In this document: positions 8,376-18,267 of the stretch, one piece after another
Position numbering within the stretch: the stretch's first letter is position 1
How the letters are laid out: the number at the start of each line of letters is the position of its first letter
Made by a program: the position numbers and the translations under genes
The notes under the pieces: generated by a model
The model's database searches: none
The model's input: the letters and a program-made list of their open reading frames with translations, nothing else
Told to the model about the DNA's origin: nothing
Source: Saccharofermentanales bacterium
GTDB taxonomy: Bacteria; Bacillota; Clostridia; Saccharofermentanales; DTU023
Length of the DNA: 64,000 bases
Assembly: GCA_050945515.1 (NCBI GenBank)
Contig: JBMNTB010000003.1
Location: 44,954 to 108,953, forward strand
Reading direction: 5' to 3'

Positions 8376-9923
8376 CTAACCGGAACGAATATAAACGCCA
8401 TTACTATCGAATAAGTACCATTTACCATCATCTAAAACCCAACCGGTCTTCATGACACCGGATTTACGATCTAAGAAGTACCACTTACCTCCATCTAATA
8501 GCCAGCCGGTCTTCATGACACCGGATTTACGATCTAAGAAGTACCATTTACCTCCATCCAATAGCCAGCCGGTTTTCATGGCGCCGGAACTACGATTCAG
8601 GAAGTACCACCTGCCACTGTCCAAGAGCCAGCCGGTTTGCATGGCACCGGAACTACGATTCAGGAAGTACCATTTACCTCCATCTAAGAGCCAACCAGTT
8701 CGCATGGCACCAGAACTACGATTTAAGAAGTACCACTTGCCACTGTCCAAAAGCCAGCCAGTTTGCATGATACCGGAACTGCGATTTAAGAAGAACCATT
8801 TGCCGCTGTCAAAGAGCCAGCCGGTTTGCATGATCCCGGAACTACGGTTTAAGAAGTACCACCTGCCGTTATCTAAGAGCCAACCGGTTACCTTTTCACC
8901 GGTCTCATCGTAAAAATACCATTCACCGGCTTCTTCTACCCAGCCTGTAAGAATTTCAGGCTTAAAATATACCTCCATATAAGGTTGAGCATCAATATTG
9001 TCCAAATTAGCCTTCGTGTCATAGAGATACCTTAGTTTCACCAGCTCCATTTCAGCTCCTATCGTTAGAATGCCATTGCCGGCATCATAACTGTAACCGT
9101 TTGGAAGCGGCTGACCGTCAGCTAGCGTCACTTCCAATATGTTTTCTATGTCCACATCGGTTAAATTGCCCAAATTAATCGTATACTGATCCCCATCTTT
9201 GACAGCGAGAACTGTACTTGTTGTCTGCGGGCAAGTCGTCAACTGCTGTAGCTTTGTACAGGCAGATAAATCCAGCCCCGTCAGATGATTATTAAAACAA
9301 GAAAGCTTAGTCAGGTTCGTTAAATTCGCTACGTTAAGCTCTGTTAATTGATTAGAACCACAGTAAAACTCAATTAGATTATTTAGGCTGGATGTGTCCA
9401 GATTCGTTAGATTATTGGAATTACAGAGAAAATATTTCAGGCTAATGAGATCAGTTACATCAAGTTCAGTTAGCTGATTATGACCACAGTCAAAACTAGT
9501 CAGGTCAGTTAGATTCGATATGTTCAGCTCTGTTAGCTGATTAGAGGAACAATAAAGATGAGTCAGGCTGGTAAAATGCTCAATTCCCGTCATATCGGCT
9601 ATGCCCTTGTCGTTGCCATTCATTTTAGTTACGACACTAAGCTCAGATTCCTGTAGGGTACCATCATTGTCTGTATCGTATTGTCTTACATGTACTCTGA
9701 AGATTTCATCAGGAAAATTCGTCTCGTTAATTACCACATCACCCGATGCTGTAGCCTTGACGGAAGATTCATCAATGCTATCTCCTTTTGTTGCAGACAT
9801 AGGTTCCGTTCCATCCGCAGGGCTATTCGCAAAGAGTGTTACCGCAAATGCCTGAGATGCTAAAACTGTTAAAACTAACATTGTGGCCAGTAGCACTGAC
9901 CTGTTCTTTTGCCTGGTCTTCAT
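8376..9923 (-). CDS. Secreted LRR plus cell-wall-binding-repeat surface protein (paralog 3, short, about 5 LRR units)
   Basis: ORF 8376..9944. ATG at 9923 (MKTRQKNRS...) is preceded by GGGGGAAG and matches the N-termini of the paralogs. The stop lies only 22 nt upstream of the paralog 2 start. Confidence 0.85.
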   Translation of the reverse strand: MKTRQKNRSVLLATMLVLTVLASQAFAVTLFANSPADGTEPMSATKGDSIDESSVKATASGDVVINETNFPDEIFRVHVRQYDTDNDGTLQESELSVVTKMNGNDKGIADMTGIEHFTSLTHLYCSSNQLTELNISNLTDLTSFDCGHNQLTELDVTDLISLKYFLCNSNNLTNLDTSSLNNLIEFYCGSNQLTELNVANLTNLTKLSCFNNHLTGLDLSACTKLQQLTTCPQTTSTVLAVKDGDQYTINLGNLTDVDIENILEVTLADGQPLPNGYSYDAGNGILTIGAEMELVKLRYLYDTKANLDNIDAQPYMEVYFKPEILTGWVEEAGEWYFYDETGEKVTGWLLDNGRWYFLNRSSGIMQTGWLFDSGKWFFLNRSSGIMQTGWLLDSGKWYFLNRSSGAMRTGWLLDGGKWYFLNRSSGAMQTGWLLDSGRWYFLNRSSGAMKTGWLLDGGKWYFLDRKSGVMKTGWLLDGGKWYFLDRKSGVMKTGWVLDDGKWYLFDSNGVYIRSG

Positions 9924-9970
9924 TTTCTTCCCCCTGGTTGCCAAACTATAATTTGCTTTTCACAACATTA

Positions 9971-10000
9971 AAAACGACTGCACAACTTGGGTTACGCAGC
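9971..10000 (-). terminator. Terminator-like hairpin in the 5' leader of LRR paralog 3
   Basis: The minus strand reads CTGCGTAAC ccaa GTTGTGCAG tcgTTTTT. This is a 9-bp stem with 2 G-U pairs followed by a U-run, about 50 nt upstream of ATG 9923. There is no upstream minus-strand gene for it to terminate. Confidence 0.4.
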
Positions 10001-10293
10001 CACTTTCTTATCACTAAATATAGTTTTAGTATTGAATTTATTAGCAAAAGACATAATAAATAGATAGATCTTTCTTTCTATCCGTTGCCCTGCCTGTGTT
10101 TCTACCTGCTGTACCATATCGATTATAACCTGTCAGCTGGTTAAATAATGTATAAGCTAAAGTGCCACAATTCTACTTTATTGTCAACTGTCAAATTCGT
10201 TACTTGTAACTTAGTAGTAATCTCTTATGATAAACTTGTCGATGGTCATGACGTCTGCTAAACTTTTTGGATAGGACAGGAGGCAATATAACC

Positions 10294-12954
10294 GTGGTAG
10301 AATTTGGTCTCAATCAGCTGCGCGAGCTATTTTTAAACTTTTTTGAAGAAAAAGGGCATCTGCGTTTGCCCAGTTTTTCTCTGGTACCTCAGCATGATCC
10401 CTCTCTGCTGCTAATTAATGCCGGCATGACACCATTGAAACCCTATTTTACGGGGGCACTGGAACCACCGTCACTGCGTGTCACCACCTGCCAGAAATGT
10501 CTGAGAACTCCTGATATTGATCATGTTGGCAAGACTAGCCGGCATGCTACATTTTTTGAGATGCTAGGCAATTTTTCTTTTGGTGATTATTTCAAAACGG
10601 AAACAATTGCTTGGGCCTGGGAATTCCTGACCCAAGTCTTAGCGATTCCATCGGAAAGACTGTATGCGACTGTTTATCTGGAAGATGATGAGGCTCATGA
10701 GATCTGGGAAACAATGCCGATTGACCCTTCCCATATTTCCCGCCTCGGCAAAGAACATAATTATTGGGAGCATGGAGTCGGCCCCTGTGGTCCTTGTTCA
10801 GAGATTTACTATGACCGTGGTGTCGAACATGGTTGTGGAGATCCCGCTTGTGCACCGGGCTGTGATTGTGATCGTTTCGTTGAGGTCTGGAATCTGGTTT
10901 TTACTCAGTTTTATCGTGAAGAGGATGGCAGTTATACTGTTCTGAAACAGAAGAATATTGATACCGGCATGGGTCTGGAACGTCTGGCTGCGGTGATGCA
11001 GGGCGTCGAGAATATCTTTGAAGTCGATACCATACAAGAACTTTTAAAAACTGTTGCCGACTATTGCCGAACAGCTTATGGCGCAGATCCGATCAAAGAT
11101 ATTTCTCTGCGCGTAATTGCCGATCATTTGCGCAGTGCCGTGATGCTGATCAGCGATGGAGTATTACCTGGCAATGAAGGGCGCGGATATGTGCTCAGAC
11201 GTTTGATAAGGCGAGCTGCTCGTCATGGCAGGCTGCTGTCAATTGAAAGGCCGTTCTTATTTGAATTGGTGCCAAAAGTTATCGAGATATCCGGCAGTGT
11301 TTATCCGGAGTTGATTGAAAGAGAGAAACTGATTGTCAGTTCTCTGCGTATGGAAGAGGAGCGTTTTTCTGCGACCATAGCTCAGGGACTAAGTGTCCTT
11401 AAGAATCTGATAGCCCGGGTACAAGACGGGGCAGGCGAGGTTCTGTCCGGTTCAGATGCTTTCAAGCTCCATGATACTTTCGGTTTCCCGATTGACTTAA
11501 CACGAGAGATTGCTGCCGAGGCGGGGATCGATATTGATGAAGTGGAGTTCAGAGCGCAGATGGAACGTCAACGCGAAGCCGCCAGACAGGCCTTACGTGC
11601 CAAGGCAGGTTCGGCCTGGGATGCCGATGCTATGCCTGAGGAGTTGGCAGCTTTGCCACCGACTGAGTTTGTAGGCTACAATCAAATGTGTGCTACCGGT
11701 CAGATCAGTCTGTTGATTCTTCGACAGCCGGACGATGATAAGCTCTCAGTAATTGAACAGGCCGTTCCGGGTGATCAGTTGCTTATTGTTGTGCCCAGCA
11801 CGCCCTTTTATGCTGAAAGCGGCGGACAAAAGGGTGATGTGGGTTGGATTAGAACCGAGACAGCTGTGCTGAAAGTCGACAATACTGTGACCACTGATCA
11901 GGGAATATACCTGCATTATGCTGAGCTGGCTGACGGTCAGATCCAAGTTGGTGATGAGGTTATTCTGGAAGTTGATCAAGCTGTGCGACTGGCGACGACC
12001 CGAAATCATACGGCAACGCATCTGTTGCATCAGGCACTAAGACAGGTTATGGGTGAGCAAGTGCATCAGGCCGGCTCCTATGTTGAAGCTGATTATCTCC
12101 GTTTTGACTTTACACATCAGGGTTCTCTGACACTGGAACAGAGGGATGCCGTTGAATGGCTGGTCAATGAAGCTATTGACAAAGATCTTGCCATTACAAC
12201 AGAGCTTGTGCCTTTGGCAGAAGCTACTGCTGCCGGCGCACGGGCCCTGTTTGATGAAAAATATTCAGATCCTGTACGGATGATCAGGATTGGGGATTTT
12301 TCTCTGGAATTGTGCGGTGGCACTCATCTCAGCCACTCCGGGCAGGTGCAGATTTTTGCTTTGCTGAGTGAAAGCGGTATTGCAGCCGGGGTGCGTAGAA
12401 TTGAAGCTGTGACCGGACTTAAAGCCCTATCTGCTCTGTTGCAGTTCAGGCATATTGTGCGTCACACTGCAGATAAACTGAAGACGACCGGAACCGAGCT
12501 TGCCAATAAGATAGATTCTCTTCAAATTGAGATTAAAAGCCTGCAGCATGAATTATCGGTATTAAAAAGTCATGATATAGCTGCTACTGCGAACAAGCTT
12601 TTGACCCGGGCAACTGAAATAGGACCTGTTACTGTTGTTATCGGTCAAATTGAGGTAGCCAATGCGGAAGATCTGCGGACGGCAGGTGATCGTATACGAG
12701 ATCATTTCGACAATGCGGTAGTAGTTTTAGCCGCTACTGTAGATGATAAGATTCTTTGGCTGGCGATGGCTACCAAGTCTGCTGTCGCTGTTGGCATTCA
12801 TGCCGGGGATATAGTGCGTGAGGCAGCTCGCATTACGGGCGGCGGCGGTGGTGGCAGACCTGAAATGGCGCAGGCCGGAGGACGGGATCCGGATAAGCTT
12901 GATCAGGCCTTGACACAGGTGGAAAAACTGATTAAGCAACAAATTGTAAAGTGA
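10294..12954 (+). CDS. alaS: Alanine--tRNA ligase
   Basis: Contains FFEMLGNFSFGDYFK and the editing-domain motif HTATHLLH, and ends with a glycine-rich segment (ITGGGGGGRPEMAQAGG). GTG 10294 lies 10 nt after AGGAGG (10278-10283) and is preferred over the track start at 10267. Confidence 0.95.
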   Translation: MVEFGLNQLRELFLNFFEEKGHLRLPSFSLVPQHDPSLLLINAGMTPLKPYFTGALEPPSLRVTTCQKCLRTPDIDHVGKTSRHATFFEMLGNFSFGDYFKTETIAWAWEFLTQVLAIPSERLYATVYLEDDEAHEIWETMPIDPSHISRLGKEHNYWEHGVGPCGPCSEIYYDRGVEHGCGDPACAPGCDCDRFVEVWNLVFTQFYREEDGSYTVLKQKNIDTGMGLERLAAVMQGVENIFEVDTIQELLKTVADYCRTAYGADPIKDISLRVIADHLRSAVMLISDGVLPGNEGRGYVLRRLIRRAARHGRLLSIERPFLFELVPKVIEISGSVYPELIEREKLIVSSLRMEEERFSATIAQGLSVLKNLIARVQDGAGEVLSGSDAFKLHDTFGFPIDLTREIAAEAGIDIDEVEFRAQMERQREAARQALRAKAGSAWDADAMPEELAALPPTEFVGYNQMCATGQISLLILRQPDDDKLSVIEQAVPGDQLLIVVPSTPFYAESGGQKGDVGWIRTETAVLKVDNTVTTDQGIYLHYAELADGQIQVGDEVILEVDQAVRLATTRNHTATHLLHQALRQVMGEQVHQAGSYVEADYLRFDFTHQGSLTLEQRDAVEWLVNEAIDKDLAITTELVPLAEATAAGARALFDEKYSDPVRMIRIGDFSLELCGGTHLSHSGQVQIFALLSESGIAAGVRRIEAVTGLKALSALLQFRHIVRHTADKLKTTGTELANKIDSLQIEIKSLQHELSVLKSHDIAATANKLLTRATEIGPVTVVIGQIEVANAEDLRTAGDRIRDHFDNAVVVLAATVDDKILWLAMATKSAVAVGIHAGDIVREAARITGGGGGGRPEMAQAGGRDPDKLDQALTQVEKLIKQQIVK

Positions 12955-12980
12955 CTGTAATTCGATTAGAGGAGGTCAAA

Positions 12981-13340
12981 ATGAGAAAACAGGAAAATTG
13001 TATTTTTTGCAAGATAGCGGCCGGTGAGATTCCGACTAAAATGGTCTGGGAAGATGATAATATCGTAGCCTTTTATGATCTGAACCCCCAGGCTGATTAT
13101 CATGTTTTACTGGTGCCCAAGCACCATAGTGAGAACATTTTGACTTTGGCTGAAGATGAAGAAGGGCAGACAGTCATAGGTCAATTATTACAAGCTGTTC
13201 CCAAGGTAGCGGAGATACTGGGCCTAACTGACTCAGGTTTCAGGCTGATTATCAACTGTGGACCCGGAGCCGGCCAGACCGTTATGCATTTGCATATTCA
13301 TATGCTGGCTGGTCGTGACCTGAATGAGAGTCTAGTGTAA
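12981..13340 (+). CDS. HIT (histidine triad) family protein
   Basis: Histidine triad HLHIHMLAG. ATG 12981 is preceded by GAGGAGG. Confidence 0.9.
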   Translation: MRKQENCIFCKIAAGEIPTKMVWEDDNIVAFYDLNPQADYHVLLVPKHHSENILTLAEDEEGQTVIGQLLQAVPKVAEILGLTDSGFRLIINCGPGAGQTVMHLHIHMLAGRDLNESLV

Positions 13341-13452
13341 TACAGATACTGACAAGGCTAGAGAGCAAAATTCGTCTGCATGATCTAAATATGTCTCGCT
13401 ATCTATGCTGTATTAGACGTATGAGTAGCAGAAAATTGATGTTGGCGGATAT

Positions 13453-13482
13453 TTGACCACAAAGGTGCGGGTGAGGTATAAT
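13453..13482 (+). promoter_or_regulatory. Sigma-A type promoter for rpsU
   Basis: TTGACC (13453-13458), 18-nt spacer, TATAAT (13477-13482). Confidence 0.55.
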
Positions 13483-13533
13483 GCCGTTGTCGCCGCAAAG
13501 CGGTTATAGTCCACTGTGAGGGGAGGGAGAAAA

Positions 13534-13707
13534 TTGTCAGAAATTCGTGTCAAAGAGAATGAATCCCTTGGCAGTGCCTTGAAGCGCTTTAAACGCCAAT
13601 GTGCACGCTCGGGAGTCCTGGCGGAAGTTAGAAAACGCGAGCATTACGAAAAACCGAGTGTGAGAAGAAAGAAGAAATCGGAAGCAGCGCGTAAGAGAAA
13701 ACGTTGA
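13534..13707 (+). CDS. rpsU: 30S ribosomal protein S21
   Basis: Sequence (M)[50 protein letters not shown] 13534 lies after GGGAGGGAG. Confidence 0.9.
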   Translation: MSEIRVKENESLGSALKRFKRQCARSGVLAEVRKREHYEKPSVRRKKKSEAARKRKR

Positions 13708-13729
13708 TAGTGCAAGAATGATACCTAAG

Positions 13730-13758
13730 TCCGCCCGGTACAAACCGGGCGGATTTTT
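13730..13758 (+). terminator. Rho-independent terminator after rpsU
   Basis: TCCGCCCGG tacaaa CCGGGCGGA TTTTT. Confidence 0.85.
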
Positions 13759-13793
13759 ATATACCGATTTTCAGCTTTGCCTGATGCTATAAT

Positions 13794-15944
13794 ATGCTGA
13801 ATAAGAGAGTAGAATGTATGGATCAGGAAACAAGAACACAGTTGAAGCAAATACTGCTGTCTCGCAAATGGACACTTAGGGCCCAAGCTCCCACTAGCCA
13901 AGGAGAAGATGCTCCGGGCGGTGACGGACAAAATGATCAAGGTATCTCCACCCTATCTGCCGTAGCTGATATTTATGGGGGACCTGTTTTACACCCTTTA
14001 ATGCACCGTTTATGGCAGGCTCGTAATTATTGTGACTCAGATACTCTGGAATTACTTTTCCCTGAGGAGATCTGCTATCCGGATCCCTTTCTGTTTACTG
14101 ATCTTCAGATTTCTGTTGACATAATCCGCTCGATTCTGAATAAAAAGGGTAAGATCCTGGTCTTTGGCGACTATGATGCAGACGGTTTAACTGCTACAGC
14201 TTTATTGCTACGCTGGTTCAGGCAGCAGGGGGCAGATGTTATCAGCATGATTCCAGACCGACTTCGCGACGGATACGGACTTACCCATGATCTGGTTTCC
14301 CAGATCATTGCCCAAAATCCCGATCTGGTGATAACTGTAGATTGTGGCAGTTCCAGTCTGGAAGAAGTCAGCCTGCTGGAGGCGAATGGTATTAGAGTGA
14401 TTGTAACCGATCACCATGCTTGTACTGATGAGCTGCATCCGGCCTCTGCTTTTATAAATCCACAACGTGAAAGGGAAGGATTTCCTCTTAGCGGTTTGGC
14501 TGGTGTGGGAGTTGCCTATTATCTGGTGCTCGGTTTGATCTATCCGGAAGAACCGGAACCGCTGTTGACAGTGCTGGCCGCGATTGGAACTGTAGCGGAT
14601 GTGATGCCCTTAAGAGGTGTCAATAGGCGTCTGATCGTTGATGCTATTGCAGTATATCCGGAATATGCTCCGATCGGAATCAAAAAATTAGCTGAGTGCT
14701 GTCGCAAAGCTGAGGCGGATCTGTCTGTGGAGCTAATTCAGTTTAACCTCGCTCCCCGGCTTAATGCAGCAGGTAGACTGGGTCAAGCAGAAGTTGCCTT
14801 GGAGCTGCTATTAACTGATTTGACAACGGAAGCAGAGTTACTTGCCGCCAGACTGAATGAATTGAATAATGAACGTCGGGAGTTAGAGAAAGAACAGATA
14901 GAGCAAATAAAAGCTCAAGTGGAATCTGAACTTGTACCCGGCCATGATCGGATCATTATCGCGGCTTATGATGGACTCCATCCCGGCATTCTGGGAATTC
15001 TCAGTGCCCGCCTTGCGGATCATTTTCAATTGCCTGCGATCTGTTTGACATTGGATGAAGGAGTTTTTCGCGGTTCAGGTCGCTCTTATGGTAATTTTGA
15101 TCTCTATGCCGCTATTGAAAGCTGTCAGGATTTGCTATTGAGCTTTGGCGGACATACCGGTGCTGCCGGCTTGTCATTGACTGCAGATAAACTGGAGGAG
15201 TTCACAACTAGGATTAAGGCGTATATTACTCAGGCAGGCGATTTTGTGCCGGCAGAGTTGATAGTTGATTTGGAACTGACACCTCAAGATCTGACGACTG
15301 AGGCTGTACGCTCTTTAGATCTATTGGAGCCGACCGGAGAGCAAAATCCCAAACCGCTCTTTCTGCTCAGCAATGTACGCATTATGGATATCTACCGGGT
15401 CGGTGATGGCAGCCATTTGCGTATTATACTGGAGATTGATGGTGCAGGACAGATATCCGGCGTTGCGTTCAGAAAAGGAATAGCCGAATTGCTCTATAGC
15501 CCGGGCGATCGGATTGATATTGCTTGCTATCTGACCAATAATGTCTGGCAGGGTGTTGAAAAAATTAATTTGCAAATTGAGGAGTTGAGACTTGCTCGAC
15601 AGGAGATAAAAGCTGCTCAGCCGATCAGGATCAAACGCTCGCAGATAGCGTCGGTTTATCACGGCTTATCAAAACTGATAGAGCCGGAACAGGAACTGCT
15701 GTTTGATTCTCTACACCTGGCACATTGGCTGTCCAGCAATTATAATGGTTCCATATCAGAGCAGGAACTGATTATTATTCTTCAACTGTTTGCCCAATCC
15801 GGCCTGGGCTCAATGAGACAAGCGGATCATGATAATTGGGTATTTTACTTCAGAACTACTACAGACAGAGTAGATCTGAAGACTACAGAATTATGGCAAC
15901 AGCTTGAACGACAGGGAAGTATTGCTGATGCATCACGAGAATAG
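13794..15944 (+). CDS. recJ: Single-stranded-DNA-specific exonuclease RecJ
   Basis: DHH motifs (VFGDYDADGLT, VTDHH) and a DHHA1 motif (FGGHTGAAG). The start is uncertain; ATG 13818 is an alternative. Confidence 0.9.
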   Translation: MLNKRVECMDQETRTQLKQILLSRKWTLRAQAPTSQGEDAPGGDGQNDQGISTLSAVADIYGGPVLHPLMHRLWQARNYCDSDTLELLFPEEICYPDPFLFTDLQISVDIIRSILNKKGKILVFGDYDADGLTATALLLRWFRQQGADVISMIPDRLRDGYGLTHDLVSQIIAQNPDLVITVDCGSSSLEEVSLLEANGIRVIVTDHHACTDELHPASAFINPQREREGFPLSGLAGVGVAYYLVLGLIYPEEPEPLLTVLAAIGTVADVMPLRGVNRRLIVDAIAVYPEYAPIGIKKLAECCRKAEADLSVELIQFNLAPRLNAAGRLGQAEVALELLLTDLTTEAELLAARLNELNNERRELEKEQIEQIKAQVESELVPGHDRIIIAAYDGLHPGILGILSARLADHFQLPAICLTLDEGVFRGSGRSYGNFDLYAAIESCQDLLLSFGGHTGAAGLSLTADKLEEFTTRIKAYITQAGDFVPAELIVDLELTPQDLTTEAVRSLDLLEPTGEQNPKPLFLLSNVRIMDIYRVGDGSHLRIILEIDGAGQISGVAFRKGIAELLYSPGDRIDIACYLTNNVWQGVEKINLQIEELRLARQEIKAAQPIRIKRSQIASVYHGLSKLIEPEQELLFDSLHLAHWLSSNYNGSISEQELIIILQLFAQSGLGSMRQADHDNWVFYFRTTTDRVDLKTTELWQQLERQGSIADASRE

Positions 15945-18261
15945 GCAAAATCTACAGGACGCAGATGCCAAGATGGCTATGATCTGCCAAAAATGGTCTG
16001 AATATTCCGGTCAGACTGATACGAGCCTGTTGCAAAAGGCATATGAATTTGCCAAAGAGGCGCATCAAGGACAAAAGCGTGCGACAGGAGAGCCGTATAT
16101 TATACACCCTGTTGCTGCCGCTGAAATTCTGCTTGATCTGGAAGTTGATAAAGATACTCTAATTGCGGCTCTTCTACACGATACAGTTGAAGATACATCA
16201 GTTTCTTTGTCGGATATTACTGATATTTTCGGCAATGATATAAAAAATCTGGTTGATGGTGTTACCAAATTATCTAAGTTTTCCTATTCGACTCAGGAAG
16301 AAATACAAGCCGAAAGTTACCGCAAGATGTTCCTTGCTATGGCCAGAGATATCAGGGTGGTGCTGATCAAATTGGCTGACCGTCTGCATAATATGCGTAC
16401 GATGGATTACCAGGACAATGCTAAGCAGATCGCTAAATCACGCGAGTCACTCGATATCTATGCTCCGTTGGCTCATCGACTGGGAATACACAAGATTAAA
16501 TGGGAACTGGAGGATCTGAGTTTACGCTATTTGGATCCTACTGCCTATTATGAATTGGTTGAGCAGATTTCGGTTAAACGATCCGATCGAGAGAATTTCC
16601 TGCTCGAAACTACTCGTGATCTGGAAGAGCGGATCTCTCAAATGGGTATCAAAGCCGATATTGAAGGAAGACCTAAGCATTTCTACAGCATCTATCGCAA
16701 AATGAAAAAACAGAATAAGTCTCTTGATGAGATCTATGATCTTTTTGCCATGCGGATCATAGTTGATACTGTCGGTGAGTGCTATGCTGTTCTCGGTCTC
16801 GTTCATCAACTGCACAAGCCCATGCCTGGCCGTTTCAAAGACTATATTGCTATGCCCAAACCCAATATGTACCAGTCATTACATACAACCGTGATCAGTC
16901 CGTCAGGCATACCTTTTGAAGTTCAGATCCGAACTCTGGATATGCATAAGACTGCAGAATATGGTATTGCTGCACATTGGCGTTATAAAGAGGACCGCAA
17001 AGCTTCCTCCAAGGCAGATCCTCTTGATGTCAAACTAACCTGGCTAAGACAGCTTCTGGAGTGGCAAAGTGATATGCGCGATTCCTCTGAATTTATGACC
17101 ACATTGAAAGAGGAGCTAATAACGGATGAAGTATTTGTCTTCACACCTAAAGGTGAAGTTATCTCATTGCCAATGGGAGCGATACCAATTGATTTCGCCT
17201 ATCATATTCACAGTGGTGTCGGTAATTCAATGTATGGTGCAAAAGTAAATGGCCGCATGGTGCCGCTTACTTCCAAGTTGGAAAACGGTGATATAGTAGA
17301 AATTCTGACCTCGGATAAAGTCAAAGGCCCCAGTTTGGATTGGCTGAATATTGTCAAGAGCAATACAGCCCGCAGCAAGATCTCAACCTGGTTCAAACGT
17401 GAAATGCGTGATGAGAATATCGTTCGAGGACGGGAGACCATTGATCGGGAAATCAAAAAGTCCGGTTTTACACCGTCACAACTGGTCAAAAAAGAATTTT
17501 ATGATAAATTACTCAAACGTTATTCACTGAACACATTGGATGATCTCTATGCGATCGTGGGCTATGGCGGTCTGTCCGCCGCCCGAATTGTACCGCGTCT
17601 GCGCGACGATTATATTTTGTCATTATCTGAAGATGAACGGGCGACCTTGGGTTATCGTGTAACGAAGACGGGGCATGTACAATATGCACCGCAATCAATT
17701 ATTTCTTCTGATGAAAAGACCTGGACCAAACGCGAAAAGGAAAGTAAGCAGAAGAAACGCAAAAGGATTGCCAGCCAGTCCAGGGGAGTGCAGGTCCGGG
17801 GTATCGATAATTGCTTAATTCGACTGTCGCGATGTTGCAATCCCGTTCCGGGAGATAAGATCATCGGTTATGTAACCAGAGGTGAAGGTGTTGCTGTGCA
17901 TCGTATGGATTGCCACAATATCAAGCATCTGGTGGAATCGTTCGATGAGTCTCCTGAAGCTGCGGAACGTGCGTCAAGGCTGATAGATGTGTTCTGGGTT
18001 GAAGATTTGCCTGAAGAACTGAAGTATCAGACGATTCTTCGAGTGATTGCTCGCGACAGACGAAACCTATTAGCGGAAATTTCCAGCGCCGTAGCCATCG
18101 AGACAATACCGATCTTGGAGTTTAAGGTGCAGTCTGCCAAAGACATAAGTGCCAGCATCAGAATTACTATTGAAACAAAAGATCAGGCACAGGTGGACCG
18201 ATTAATTAAGCGCTTAAAGGCTATTCCCAGTGTGGTGGATGTCAGTCGCGCCGGGGCATAA
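15928..18261 (+). CDS. relA: Bifunctional (p)ppGpp synthetase/hydrolase (RelA/SpoT homolog)
   Basis: HD hydrolase motif (LLHDTVEDT), synthetase motif (DYIAMPKPNMYQSLHTTV), TGS region, CCNPVPGD zinc-finger domain and C-terminal ACT-like region. The start at ATG 15928 follows GGGAAG; the track start is 15904. Confidence 0.95.
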   Translation: MHHENRQNLQDADAKMAMICQKWSEYSGQTDTSLLQKAYEFAKEAHQGQKRATGEPYIIHPVAAAEILLDLEVDKDTLIAALLHDTVEDTSVSLSDITDIFGNDIKNLVDGVTKLSKFSYSTQEEIQAESYRKMFLAMARDIRVVLIKLADRLHNMRTMDYQDNAKQIAKSRESLDIYAPLAHRLGIHKIKWELEDLSLRYLDPTAYYELVEQISVKRSDRENFLLETTRDLEERISQMGIKADIEGRPKHFYSIYRKMKKQNKSLDEIYDLFAMRIIVDTVGECYAVLGLVHQLHKPMPGRFKDYIAMPKPNMYQSLHTTVISPSGIPFEVQIRTLDMHKTAEYGIAAHWRYKEDRKASSKADPLDVKLTWLRQLLEWQSDMRDSSEFMTTLKEELITDEVFVFTPKGEVISLPMGAIPIDFAYHIHSGVGNSMYGAKVNGRMVPLTSKLENGDIVEILTSDKVKGPSLDWLNIVKSNTARSKISTWFKREMRDENIVRGRETIDREIKKSGFTPSQLVKKEFYDKLLKRYSLNTLDDLYAIVGYGGLSAARIVPRLRDDYILSLSEDERATLGYRVTKTGHVQYAPQSIISSDEKTWTKREKESKQKKRKRIASQSRGVQVRGIDNCLIRLSRCCNPVPGDKIIGYVTRGEGVAVHRMDCHNIKHLVESFDESPEAAERASRLIDVFWVEDLPEELKYQTILRVIARDRRNLLAEISSAVAIETIPILEFKVQSAKDISASIRITIETKDQAQVDRLIKRLKAIPSVVDVSRAGA

Positions 18262-18267
18262 ATTATT

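Noticed and set aside
9945-10293. A possible T-box or other leader upstream of alaS.
   Set aside because: I found no GGTGGNACCGCG-like T-box motif and no terminator hairpin on the plus strand. There is only a short palindrome (GTTACttGTAAC) and ambiguous promoter-like hexamers.
10592-12942. Multiple 60-95-aa ORFs on both strands within alaS, and similar ones within recJ, relA, rnj, secA, tkt, thrS, the yhaN-like gene and others.
   Set aside because: All are nested in or antisense to strongly supported conserved genes, and they lack translation-initiation signals.
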